A stretch of DNA of 64,000 nt from Acholeplasmataceae bacterium (GTDB taxonomy: Bacteria > Bacillota_I > Bacilli_A > Acholeplasmatales > Acholeplasmataceae). The translations under genes were made by a program, and so were the position numbers. The notes below the pieces were generated by a model. It ran no database searches. It had not been told where the DNA came from and saw nothing but the letters and a program-made list of their open reading frames with translations. The DNA is taken from positions 1,376,001 through 1,440,000 of the forward strand of contig OY763415.1 of NCBI GenBank assembly GCA_963667565.1, written 5' to 3'. This document shows, piece by piece, positions 9,223 to 19,091 of this stretch. The stretch's first letter is position 1. Each line of letters opens with the position of its first letter.

Positions 9223-9251
9223 ATACTTCTATTATAAAATGAAAAACATAT

Positions 9252-9320
9252 AAAAAACAGGGCGGATATGTCCTATTTTTCACAAAATTACAAAAAAATA
9301 GGGTTATTCGCCCTATTTTT
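9252..9320 (-). terminator. Two tandem rho-independent terminator-like hairpins after lpdA
   Basis: aaaaaatagggttattcgccctattttt (9293-9320) and aaaaaacagggcggatatgtcctattttt (9252-9280). Confidence 0.7.
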
Positions 9321-9322
9321 AC

Positions 9323-10690
9323 TTAAATGTGGATTGGTTTATCCACTGCACCATGTGCAGCTTCCATCACAATTTCAGATAGTGTTGGATGTGCATGAAT
9401 GGTATCAGCAATTTCATAGGCTGTACCTTCAAGTTTCATCGTTACACCAAGCTCAGCAATCAAATCTGAAGCGTTGTAACTAAAGATGTGAGCACCAAGT
9501 ATTTCTTTGTATTTTTTGCCAACTAGTAATTTAATAAATCCTTCTTTTTCACCATCAGCAACTGACTTACCAACACCTGCAATTGGGAAGGTAGATGCTG
9601 TGTATTCGACACCAGCTTCTTTAAGTGCTTTCTCTGTTTTACCAACAGATGCAATTTCAGGTTGTCCATAAACTGCATTAGGCACTTGATCATAATCCAT
9701 TTTAGCATCATGACCTAAAATATGTTCAATAGCAACTAACCCTTCATGGCTAGCCACATGTGCAAGCATGTATTTGCCATTTAAATCACCAATAGCATAA
9801 ACACCTTTTACGCTTGTTTCTAATTGATCATTCGTTTCTACTGATGCACGATCCATCTTAAGATTTAATGCTTCAAATCCTTTTGAATTTGCACGCATAC
9901 CCACAGAGACTAAAATCGTATCAGCTTCTACTTTTTCTTCTTTTCCATCTAATAGATAAGTAACAAATTTACCATCAACACCTTTAACTTCTGCACTTGT
10001 AAAGATTTTAATGCCATCTTTCTTAAGTGTTTTCGTATAAGCAGTTCTAATGTCATCATCCATCATCGGAAGAATACCATCAAGTTTTTCAATGATTGTG
10101 ACTTGTGATCCAAATGATGAGAATACAGTCGCAAACTCAACACCAATAACACCACCACCAATGATCACTAAGTTTTGTGGTACATGATCAATGGTAAGCA
10201 ATTCTCTACTTGTGACTGCAAATCCCTTTTCATATGCTTCTTGTAATCCAGGAATGGGTGGCACGATAGGAGATGCTCCTGTTGCAAGAATCAAGTTTTT
10301 TGTTTTTAACGTTTCACCATTGACTTCAACAGTTGACTTATCTTTAACAACACCTAATCCTTGATAAACTTCAACACCATTTTTCTTCAATAAAAAGCCA
10401 ACACCTGTTGTTAATTTTTTAACAACACTATTTTTTCTATCCATAATTGCTTTCCAGTCAAAACCCACTTCACTTGCTAAAAGACCATAATCTTTTGCAT
10501 GTAACATTTGTTTATACACTTTTGAGCTTTTTAACATGGCTTTTGTTGGAATACATCCGTGATTTAAACAAATCCCTCCAACAACTTCTTTTTCAACTAA
10601 AGCGGTTTTTAAACCTGATTGTGCAGATTTAATAGCTGCAACATATCCACCAGGTCCTCCGCCAATAATCACTACATCATAATTTTTCAT
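9323..10690 (-). CDS. lpdA: Dihydrolipoyl dehydrogenase (E3)
   Basis: GGGPGGY, GGICLNHGCIPTK and HAHPTLSE. Start trimmed to MKNYDVV. Confidence 0.97.
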   Translation of the reverse strand: MKNYDVVIIGGGPGGYVAAIKSAQSGLKTALVEKEVVGGICLNHGCIPTKAMLKSSKVYKQMLHAKDYGLLASEVGFDWKAIMDRKNSVVKKLTTGVGFLLKKNGVEVYQGLGVVKDKSTVEVNGETLKTKNLILATGASPIVPPIPGLQEAYEKGFAVTSRELLTIDHVPQNLVIIGGGVIGVEFATVFSSFGSQVTIIEKLDGILPMMDDDIRTAYTKTLKKDGIKIFTSAEVKGVDGKFVTYLLDGKEEKVEADTILVSVGMRANSKGFEALNLKMDRASVETNDQLETSVKGVYAIGDLNGKYMLAHVASHEGLVAIEHILGHDAKMDYDQVPNAVYGQPEIASVGKTEKALKEAGVEYTASTFPIAGVGKSVADGEKEGFIKLLVGKKYKEILGAHIFSYNASDLIAELGVTMKLEGTAYEIADTIHAHPTLSEIVMEAAHGAVDKPIHI

Positions 10691-10700
10691 ATCAATACCC

Positions 10701-11969
10701 TCACTGTACGAGTAATGAAAGCGGATTTGCAATAAGTTCCTTAAAGTAATTTAAGAATCTTCCTGCATCTGCACCATCAATAACTCTATGATCTACGGCT
10801 AGTGATAAAGGTAATGTATAAGCAGCTTTTAATTCACCATTAATGACCACTGCTTTTTGACTAATTTTACCAACACCTAAGATAGCAACTTCAGGATGAT
10901 TTATAATGGGTGTACCAAATGAGACATTAATAGCACCAAAGTTGGTGATACTAAATGTTGTGTTTTGTAAACGATCAAGTGCGACTTTACGTTCTTTAGT
11001 TGCTTGACCCACTTCACTAATCTCTTTAGCTAATCCAAAGAGTGTAAGCTCATCAGCATCTTTTATATTAGGTACAATCAATCCATCAGGTGTATCTACA
11101 GCCATACCTATATTATAAAACTTTTTAAGAACCATTTGTTCATTTTCTTGATCGAAACTTGCATTAAAGTATGGGAACTTCTTCAAAGTGAGTACTGCAG
11201 CTTTAAAAATAAATGCCATATATGTTAATTTAACATCTTCACCTTCAGCAAGTGGTTTTAAGTTTTTTCTAAGTTCAACAAGATCATCAACAATCACTTC
11301 ATCCATTAACACTGTATGAGGAATGACTTGTTTAGAGATCGTCATGGATTTAACAATGGCTTTTCTTAATCTTGAGATAGGAACAATCTCAACGTTTCCT
11401 TCTTTAGAAATCGTCACTTTAGGTGCAAGAACAGTTGATGTTGTTCCACCTTTTTGTTGTGCTGCTTTTTCAATATCTTCTGTTAAGACTCTACCGTTAA
11501 AACCAGAGCCATTCACCATTTGAATATCAACACCTAAATCTTTTGCTAACTTTCTAGCAACAGGTGTTGCAAGTACTTTCCCACTTGTATTCTTTGGTGC
11601 GACATGTTCGTGAACTTCAGTAGATGATTCAATCAAATCTGATGACACTTCAATTTCACCAATAACACCAGCAGCTTTTTCTTCACCTTCACCAAGAGCT
11701 TCTTTTGTCTCTGGTGCGCTAGCTTCATTTGCGCTACCATCATTGATGTCAATGATGATTTGACCAACAGTGATTTCTTCGCCTTCTTTAAAATATATTT
11801 TTGATACAGTACCATCCACTGGTGATGGTAATTCTGCATTGACTTTATCTGTTTCGACAATAACTAAAGTATCTCCATCTTTAACTTTGTCGCCTTCTTT
11901 GACTTTCCATTCTAAAATGGTACCTTCGTGGACACCTTCACCCACATCGGCAAATTTAAATTGATACAT
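10701..11969 (-). CDS. pdhC: Pyruvate dehydrogenase E2, dihydrolipoamide acetyltransferase
   Basis: Lipoyl domain ETDKV, ATPVARKLA E3-binding domain, DHRVIDG. Confidence 0.95.
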   Translation of the reverse strand: MYQFKFADVGEGVHEGTILEWKVKEGDKVKDGDTLVIVETDKVNAELPSPVDGTVSKIYFKEGEEITVGQIIIDINDGSANEASAPETKEALGEGEEKAAGVIGEIEVSSDLIESSTEVHEHVAPKNTSGKVLATPVARKLAKDLGVDIQMVNGSGFNGRVLTEDIEKAAQQKGGTTSTVLAPKVTISKEGNVEIVPISRLRKAIVKSMTISKQVIPHTVLMDEVIVDDLVELRKNLKPLAEGEDVKLTYMAFIFKAAVLTLKKFPYFNASFDQENEQMVLKKFYNIGMAVDTPDGLIVPNIKDADELTLFGLAKEISEVGQATKERKVALDRLQNTTFSITNFGAINVSFGTPIINHPEVAILGVGKISQKAVVINGELKAAYTLPLSLAVDHRVIDGADAGRFLNYFKELIANPLSLLVQ

Positions 11970-11983
11970 ATTTGTTTCCCTTT

Positions 11984-12961
11984 CTAAAACTCAACGACTT
12001 TTTTAATTTCAGCCGCGATTCTCTCAGGTTGAACAAATTGGAAATGTTCAGCTCTAGCTAGTGGCACAGTAATATCAAAACCTGTCACTCTTGTTGGTGC
12101 CGCTTCTAAATGTAAAAATGCTTTTTCATTCACTAGTGATATAAGTTCAGCACCTGGTCCATATGTTTTAACCGCTTCTTGAACAACCAAAAAGCGTCCT
12201 GTTTTTTTAACAGATTCAATAATGGTTTCTTCATCAATAGGATTAATAGTTCTTAGATCGATAAGTTCAACAGAGATATTGTCATTTTCTAATAACTTGA
12301 TGGCTTTTTGAGCTTCTCTCATCATTGCACCCCAAGCAACAACTGTAATATCAGTGCCTTGTTGAACAACTTTTGCTTTTCCAATTGGAATTCGATACAT
12401 TTCTTCAGGTACTTCTTGTTTACCTGAACGATAGAGTCTCTTAGGTTCCATAAAAATGACTGGATCATTATCTTCTATTGCAGAAATAAGTAATCCTTTT
12501 GCATCATATGGTGTTGATGGATAAACCACTTTTAATCCAGGCACATGTCCAAAGAAAGTTTCTAACGACTCACTATGGTGTTCTAAGGCTCTAATACCTC
12601 CACCCACAGGGAAACGTACAACAATCGGTAAATGATGTTTACCTCTTGAACGATTTCTATATCTTGCCATATGTGTAATAATTTCAGTAAATGCAGGGAA
12701 TGTAAATCCATCAAATTGGATTTCAGCAATCGGACGAAGTCCATTGATTGCCATACCTACTGCACTACCTGCAATTGCAGCTTCGGCAATCGGTGTATCG
12801 AAAACTCTATCTTCTCCATATTTTGCTTGAAGACCTGCAGTGACTCTAAAAACGCCACCTTCAAATCCAGTGTCTTCACCGAAGATAACAATACTTTGAT
12901 CATCTTCTAATTTTTGATCAAGCGCTTGATTAATTGCTGTTAATAAATTAATTGCAGCCAT
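11984..12961 (-). CDS. pdhB: Pyruvate dehydrogenase E1 beta
   Basis: FGED...GGVFR, DTPIAE and EHHSE motifs. Confidence 0.95.
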   Translation of the reverse strand: MAAINLLTAINQALDQKLEDDQSIVIFGEDTGFEGGVFRVTAGLQAKYGEDRVFDTPIAEAAIAGSAVGMAINGLRPIAEIQFDGFTFPAFTEIITHMARYRNRSRGKHHLPIVVRFPVGGGIRALEHHSESLETFFGHVPGLKVVYPSTPYDAKGLLISAIEDNDPVIFMEPKRLYRSGKQEVPEEMYRIPIGKAKVVQQGTDITVVAWGAMMREAQKAIKLLENDNISVELIDLRTINPIDEETIIESVKKTGRFLVVQEAVKTYGPGAELISLVNEKAFLHLEAAPTRVTGFDITVPLARAEHFQFVQPERIAAEIKKVVEF

Positions 12962-12962
12962 A

Positions 12963-14051
12963 TTATTTACCTCCCTCTTCTAAGAACTTCTTGTAGTTAT
13001 CATATTGTTCTTGTAATTGAGGTGTCATTTCTTCATAAGTGTATTTAAAGATGTCTAATAATTCAACATTGCCACCTTCAGCTTCAACTTTCTTAAATGT
13101 TTCAGTGACAAATTCAGTTTTTTCATCTTCTAATTTTTGTGCTTCTTCTTCAGTTAAATATTTCTTATCCATTAAATATTTCTTAAAACGAACAAGTGGA
13201 TCTTTGTTTGCCCATGATTCTTCTTCGTCTTTTGAACGATAAATGGATGGATCATCTGAAGTTGTATGAGGCCCCATACGATATGTATAAGCTTCAATTA
13301 AAACAGGTCCATTACCTTCTCTTGCATAATCAACTGCAGCCTTAGTAGCAACATACATCGCTAAAATATCATTTCCATCAACTTGAATACCTGGAATACC
13401 AAAAGCAACCGCTTTTTGAGCAAGTGTCTTCGCTTTAGTTGCTTTCTTTCTTGGTGTTGAAATCGCATATTGATTATTTTGGATTAAAACAACAAGTGGT
13501 GCATCATATGTAGCAGCAAAATTAAGCCCCTCATAAAACTCACCATGTGATGTACCACCATCACCGATGCTTGCTAATGTGACTTCGTTTTTCTTTAAGA
13601 TTTTTGATGCATAAGCGAGCCCTGCACCGTGATTAATTTGTGAACCGATAATGATATTAACTGGTAACACTTTAACATCATCATTAAAATGACTACCCCA
13701 TTCATTACCATACCAGTATAGGTAAATTTGTTCCAAAGTTACACCGCGATAAAGCATTAAATTTAATTCTCTAAATGCAGGTGAAACCCAATCTTGTGGC
13801 TCAAGTGCTGCAGCAGCACCTAATTGAGCAGCTTCTTGCCCTCTATTTGGAGCATAAGTAAGCATACGTCCTTGACGTTGATATTGTAGTGCTTTAATGT
13901 CGGCTACACGACCTAAAACCATTGTCTCATATAATTTGAGCAATGTTTTTTTATCTAATTTTGGCTCTAAATCCTTTGAAACGATTTTACCTGTCTCATC
14001 TAAGATTTGTAATTGTTCGCCTTTAAGTGGATCATATGAATTGAATAACAT
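12963..14051 (-). CDS. pdhA: Pyruvate dehydrogenase E1 alpha
   Basis: GDGGTS...NN TPP motif and RMGPHTTSDDP. Start set at MLFNSY after an AAGGAGG RBS. Confidence 0.95.
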   Translation of the reverse strand: MLFNSYDPLKGEQLQILDETGKIVSKDLEPKLDKKTLLKLYETMVLGRVADIKALQYQRQGRMLTYAPNRGQEAAQLGAAAALEPQDWVSPAFRELNLMLYRGVTLEQIYLYWYGNEWGSHFNDDVKVLPVNIIIGSQINHGAGLAYASKILKKNEVTLASIGDGGTSHGEFYEGLNFAATYDAPLVVLIQNNQYAISTPRKKATKAKTLAQKAVAFGIPGIQVDGNDILAMYVATKAAVDYAREGNGPVLIEAYTYRMGPHTTSDDPSIYRSKDEEESWANKDPLVRFKKYLMDKKYLTEEEAQKLEDEKTEFVTETFKKVEAEGGNVELLDIFKYTYEEMTPQLQEQYDNYKKFLEEGGK

Positions 14052-14273
14052 AGAATACCCTCCTTTAACACCTTGATTATACTCATTCAAGCAACCTCAT
14101 TCAAAAGGTTTGCTTATGAAAACGCTAAATTCTAAGTAGTTTATAAAAGGTATATTCTAGAAAGCAAAAAGTCCATTGGTTAGGACTTTTCATCATATAT
14201 ATAAGACTATTGGTTTATGTCTTATTTATTCAAATAAATAAAAAAAGAGCATCTAAATGCTCTTTATGTGTTG

Positions 14274-15428
14274 TTAGAAAATCTTATCAATGATTTTAGG
14301 ATATTGATTGAAATATTCCAAATATGCTTGATATTCTAATATTTCATTTAAAAATTCGAGTGTATCAACATATGAGTCATAATCGGTTTTCAAGTTCGTA
14401 TATGTAGCTAATAATATTGTTATATCCACTAGTTGATCATCTATAAATATTGTTGGTAAATTTAATGTCACATCTTCAAGCGTATACATTTGATAAAAAC
14501 CAGAATTCATGACAAGATATGGATATTCTGTATGAATTGCTTGCCCTTGATTATAAAATGCATATGAAAAGCCTAAACCATTAACTTGAATTAATTGATC
14601 CCAATCACTTAACAATAAAACATTAAATGCTAATTGATTTGGTCTGTCACTTTGCTCAAGATAACTTAATTGACGATAGCCATTAAGATTTTGTTGATAA
14701 ATGCTAAGGTAGGTCATTGTGTCTTTTGTAAATGAAATATCGAAATTGACTTCATTACTATAATATTTAACATGTCTGTCATAATCTTCACTGAGATAAT
14801 TATAATACCTTTCAAATACAACTGTGTCATTTTGAGTATCTCTATATGAAGTTTCAAAATCATCATTATTGATTTGTGATTCTTTGTAATAACTACCTTC
14901 CAAATATTGAATGAGATCGTAATACTTAGTAATGTTATAATAACTAAAATATTCACAATACACCAATCCTTCTGCAGTTGTAGTTATAAAAAATTGATAA
15001 TAATCTGTAGAGCAAACTTGTGTCATTCTAAATGAAGTTCCATCATACTCCACTTTTATAGTAACATCTCCAATTTCAAATTCATTTGAAATATCAATCT
15101 GATCTCCTAATAAGAAAATATCAACCATTTGATCATCCATATATTTGATCAATGAATCAAAGTACAATTTTGTTCTTACTGTAGTTGCATTCAATGATGT
15201 TTCTAGTTGATTTCTATTAATTTCACTTCCGCTTGGTTTATCAATTGAAACTTCTTTAAACCCATCTGTCAAGCCCTGCTTTAAATTTGAGAGATATGCA
15301 TTGAACTCAGTTATATTGATGGAATCGTTAGAATCAATGTCCATTGTAGATAGTGGATCACTTTTTTTGCATGAAGCCAAAAAGACCATCAACAATAAAA
15401 TGGTGAATACGCTCAATAACTTCTTCAT
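14274..15428 (-). CDS. Hypothetical lipoprotein with EF-hand-like loop
   Basis: Signal peptide and lipobox LASC; DIDSNDSINITEF just after the Cys. Confidence 0.7.
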   Translation of the reverse strand: MKKLLSVFTILLLMVFLASCKKSDPLSTMDIDSNDSINITEFNAYLSNLKQGLTDGFKEVSIDKPSGSEINRNQLETSLNATTVRTKLYFDSLIKYMDDQMVDIFLLGDQIDISNEFEIGDVTIKVEYDGTSFRMTQVCSTDYYQFFITTTAEGLVYCEYFSYYNITKYYDLIQYLEGSYYKESQINNDDFETSYRDTQNDTVVFERYYNYLSEDYDRHVKYYSNEVNFDISFTKDTMTYLSIYQQNLNGYRQLSYLEQSDRPNQLAFNVLLLSDWDQLIQVNGLGFSYAFYNQGQAIHTEYPYLVMNSGFYQMYTLEDVTLNLPTIFIDDQLVDITILLATYTNLKTDYDSYVDTLEFLNEILEYQAYLEYFNQYPKIIDKIF

Positions 15429-15509
15429 TTATAATTCCCCCTTACAAGAATTTTTAATACATTTATTATATCATATGAAAAAGAAAAAAGAACACCTAGA
15501 TGTTCTTCA

Positions 15510-16376
15510 TCATTTCACTAAATTTTTTTGAAGTAACAAAACCATTTCTCTAAGTGATTTAGCAGCAACCGCAGTTGATGCTCCACTTGGATCTATCATC
15601 GGTGCTAACTCTACAATATCTGCACCAACTAAATGATTAAGTTTTTCAAATTGGTCAAATGCCCATAATAAATCTTTATATTGCATACCACCTGGTTCAG
15701 GTGTACCTGTACCAGGGAAAACACCTGGATCTAACACATCTAAATCAATCGTGATATATACAGGTTTATCTTTAAGTGCTTCTACTGTTTTATCTAAACC
15801 TTCAAAATCAAATTTACGCATGTTAATGTGTCCACTATTAGCCCAAACAAATTCAGGTTTTTCACCACTTCTAATACCAAACTGATTAATCTTCCCATCA
15901 CCAACAAATGCATGAACATGTCTCATGAATGTCGCGTGAGATAATTCTCTACCAAAAAAGGACTGTCTTAAATCAGTGTGTGCATCTAAATGAATGATAT
16001 GTAAATCTGGATATTTCTCAAACACAGCTTTTATCACTGGATAACTCACCAAATGTTCACCACCAACCATCATTGGTGTTTTACCATCACTTAAGATTTG
16101 TTTAGTTGTTTGATAAACAACATCAAGTGCATCTTCAACTGCACCAATAGGTAAATCTAGATCACCGATATCTGCTGTTTTATAATCATTTAAATCAGCA
16201 TCTCTATAAGGTGAATACCATTCAACACCAAAAGAATCTACGCGAATAGCATTTCCTGCAAAACGTGTTCCTGGTCTAAATGATGTCGTCGCATCCATAG
16301 GTACACTAAAGATAACAACATCTGCTTCTTGATATTCTGCTTTACAACTTTGGAATGATAAATCTACTTTATTCAT
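15510..16376 (-). CDS. speB: Agmatinase
   Basis: GGEH, DAHTD, DLDVLDP and GTGTPEPGG ureohydrolase motifs; coupled to the decarboxylase gene. Confidence 0.92.
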   Translation of the reverse strand: MNKVDLSFQSCKAEYQEADVVIFSVPMDATTSFRPGTRFAGNAIRVDSFGVEWYSPYRDADLNDYKTADIGDLDLPIGAVEDALDVVYQTTKQILSDGKTPMMVGGEHLVSYPVIKAVFEKYPDLHIIHLDAHTDLRQSFFGRELSHATFMRHVHAFVGDGKINQFGIRSGEKPEFVWANSGHINMRKFDFEGLDKTVEALKDKPVYITIDLDVLDPGVFPGTGTPEPGGMQYKDLLWAFDQFEKLNHLVGADIVELAPMIDPSGASTAVAAKSLREMVLLLQKNLVK

Positions 16377-17856
16377 CATCGTCACCTTCCCATTTTATCC
16401 ATTCTTCTTTATCAATAACTTTTATATATCCTGATTCAGTATCACTTAAGATTGTAGAACCATTCTTTTTATAAAACTCAAAATCATCTAAAATATCTTG
16501 ACTAATAATTTCTCCTGGAATCACAATTGGGATTCCTGGAGGATAAATCATCACAGATTCAGCAACAATCTCATCAACTGATTCTTCTAATAACACATAT
16601 TTCTTAGGTGCGTGATATGCCTCTCTAGGTCTAGTATATGCATCTGGATATCTATAATTCATCTTAGGCTTAATCACATCAAGTTTCATCGGTGCATATT
16701 TATCACTTAATTTTTGAAGTCCAAATACTAAATGATCTAAATCTTCTTGTGTTGTAGCAAGTGATAATACTGCTAAGACTAAGTGTGTTTCTGCAAGTTC
16801 AAATTGAATACGATGTTCATCAAATAACTCTTGATATGCAGTAAATCCAGTAATGCCTAAATCAGTGACTTTCACTAAGATTTTTGTTTCATCATAATCG
16901 GTTGCACCCATTTTGATGAAATCTTCTTTGACTAATGCTTTTAAACCATCAATTTGATTGATCTTATCGCGTGTTTCTTTTGCCATCTCAATGACATGAC
17001 TAATTTTAGCCTCACCATTAAAATAGATATACTTTCTAGCAACATCTAAACTTGCAAGTAACAAACTACTTGGAGATGTTGATTGAATCATATTAATCGT
17101 TGATCGTAATCTTAAGTGATCAATGCGATCACCTTGAGCAATCAAAATTGAACTTTGAGTGAGTGAGCCAACAGTTTTATGAAGTGAACATGATGCAATA
17201 TCAGCGCCTGCATGCATAGAACATACGGGTAATGACTCACAAAAAGGGAAATGTGACCCATGTGCTTCATCGACCATCACCATCATGTCATGTTCATGTG
17301 CATACTTCGTAATTTCTTCTAGTTCTGATGTAACTCCATAATATGTGGGGTTAATCACGAATACTGCTTTAGCATCTAAGTTTTCATCTATGGCTTGTTT
17401 AACTTCATCTAAAGGCATGTGATTTGCAATCCCTAGTTTAGGATCGATATATGGTTTCACAAATATAGGTACAGCACCACTTAAAATAAGTGCGTTAATT
17501 GCTGATTTATGTACATTTCTTGGTAATATAATTTTTTCTTTTGCTCGACATGTAGACATAATCATCGATAATATCCCCATGGTCGTCCCACCTGTTAAAA
17601 AATATGCTTGTTCAGCACCAAATGCATCTGCCATAAGTGCTGCAGCTTCCATAATGACACCTTTAGGCCTATTTAAATTATCTAATCCTCTTGGTGCATT
17701 TGCATCAAGTTTCATTAAATTCAAACCTGCATAATCAGTTAATTCATTACTTATTTGTCCCAGTTTATGTCCTGGAACATCATGCTTTACAACATCGCTT
17801 TTAGCATACGCCTCTAATTTTGTATAAAACGGTGTTTTTGAATGATCAAATTGCAT
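16369..17856 (-). CDS. speA: PLP-dependent arginine (Orn/Lys/Arg family) decarboxylase
   Basis: HDVPGHK, PRNVHKS, DEAHG, SLHK and YPPGIP. Arginine specificity inferred from the adjacent speB. Confidence 0.85.
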   Translation of the reverse strand: MQFDHSKTPFYTKLEAYAKSDVVKHDVPGHKLGQISNELTDYAGLNLMKLDANAPRGLDNLNRPKGVIMEAAALMADAFGAEQAYFLTGGTTMGILSMIMSTCRAKEKIILPRNVHKSAINALILSGAVPIFVKPYIDPKLGIANHMPLDEVKQAIDENLDAKAVFVINPTYYGVTSELEEITKYAHEHDMMVMVDEAHGSHFPFCESLPVCSMHAGADIASCSLHKTVGSLTQSSILIAQGDRIDHLRLRSTINMIQSTSPSSLLLASLDVARKYIYFNGEAKISHVIEMAKETRDKINQIDGLKALVKEDFIKMGATDYDETKILVKVTDLGITGFTAYQELFDEHRIQFELAETHLVLAVLSLATTQEDLDHLVFGLQKLSDKYAPMKLDVIKPKMNYRYPDAYTRPREAYHAPKKYVLLEESVDEIVAESVMIYPPGIPIVIPGEIISQDILDDFEFYKKNGSTILSDTESGYIKVIDKEEWIKWEGDDDE

Positions 17857-18003
17857 GTATCAACCCACCTTTCATAAGCCATATATATTTTATCATGTTT
17901 AATTTTTTTTATATATGATTTTATACATTTTATTTTAGTCACTATGACCCCATAAAATGTATTTTTATGTTATCATAAATGATATAGAGGAAGGAGTGTT
18001 ATT

Positions 18004-19050
18004 ATGTTTATCAAAATCTTACTCGCTAACACTTTACACAACGTACTTCTCACCTTAGGTATTGTTATTGCATTAGTTGGTATATTCTTAATTTCACATT
18101 TAATTAATTTAAAATATTCAAAAAAAGGTCGCTCTATTATATTAGGTGTATCTTATTTTATTAGTTTTATTGCATTAGTTGGCTCAACAGTTTTCTTATT
18201 ATGGACATGGAATTTTCCACTTGATCAGTATTTTACCAATCTTGGGACAAATCTTTCATCTGTTTTAGCAGATAGTATCGGTCTCATGGTTTCAACTGCT
18301 TTAGTCATCTTTATTGCCTTATTCGTTTTAAAGATTGCTAAACTTAGCATCTCTAGACTTGGTAATAAACCCACAGCCTCACAAAAGCGTAAAAAAACAA
18401 TTGCCAAACTACTCCAAAGTGTCTTAAAATATGGTATTTGGCTTATTACAATATTGATTGTTCTTTCTATTTGGGGCGTCAATGTAGGTCCTGCACTTGC
18501 TGGTTTAGGTATTGCTGGTTTAGTGATTGGTCTTGGTGCTCAAAAATTCATCAATGACTTAATTAATGGTTTATTCATTATCTTTGAACAACATTTTGAT
18601 GTTGGTGACATCATTGAAACCAACGGTTTTAGAGGTGAAGTTACAGATATTGGTTTAAAAACAACAAAGATTAAAAACTGGAAAGGTGAAGTGAAAATTT
18701 TAGCAAACGGTGAAATCACTGATGTTCTTAACTGTTCAAGAAATGCTTCAATCGCTATTGTTGATTTCGGTGTCGCTTATGGTGAAAACATCCAAGAAGT
18801 GATTGACTTATTAAATGCTAAACTTCCAGATTTTAGAAAACTATTTTCAGACATTATTATTGAGGATCCTCAATGTTTAGGTGTGATGGAGCTATCTGAT
18901 AGCAGCGTTAATTTAAGAGCCATCGCTAAAACACTTAATAATCAACATTATGCTATTGAAAGAAATTTAAGAACATTTATTAAACATATATTAGATGAAA
19001 ATGGTATCGAAATTCCATTCCCACAAGTCGTGGTTCACGAAGCTAAATAA
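18004..19050 (+). CDS. Small-conductance mechanosensitive channel (MscS family)
   Basis: GIAGLVIGLGAQ, FDVGDII, GEVTDIGLKTT and IEIPFPQ. Confidence 0.92.
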   Translation: MFIKILLANTLHNVLLTLGIVIALVGIFLISHLINLKYSKKGRSIILGVSYFISFIALVGSTVFLLWTWNFPLDQYFTNLGTNLSSVLADSIGLMVSTALVIFIALFVLKIAKLSISRLGNKPTASQKRKKTIAKLLQSVLKYGIWLITILIVLSIWGVNVGPALAGLGIAGLVIGLGAQKFINDLINGLFIIFEQHFDVGDIIETNGFRGEVTDIGLKTTKIKNWKGEVKILANGEITDVLNCSRNASIAIVDFGVAYGENIQEVIDLLNAKLPDFRKLFSDIIIEDPQCLGVMELSDSSVNLRAIAKTLNNQHYAIERNLRTFIKHILDENGIEIPFPQVVVHEAK

Positions 19051-19055
19051 AAAAC

Positions 19056-19077
19056 GAGGTGATTTTCACCTCTTTTT
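19056..19077 (+). terminator. Rho-independent terminator
   Basis: gaggtga-ttt-tcacctc followed by a T tract. Confidence 0.7.
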
Positions 19078-19091
19078 CTTAGGAGATATAT

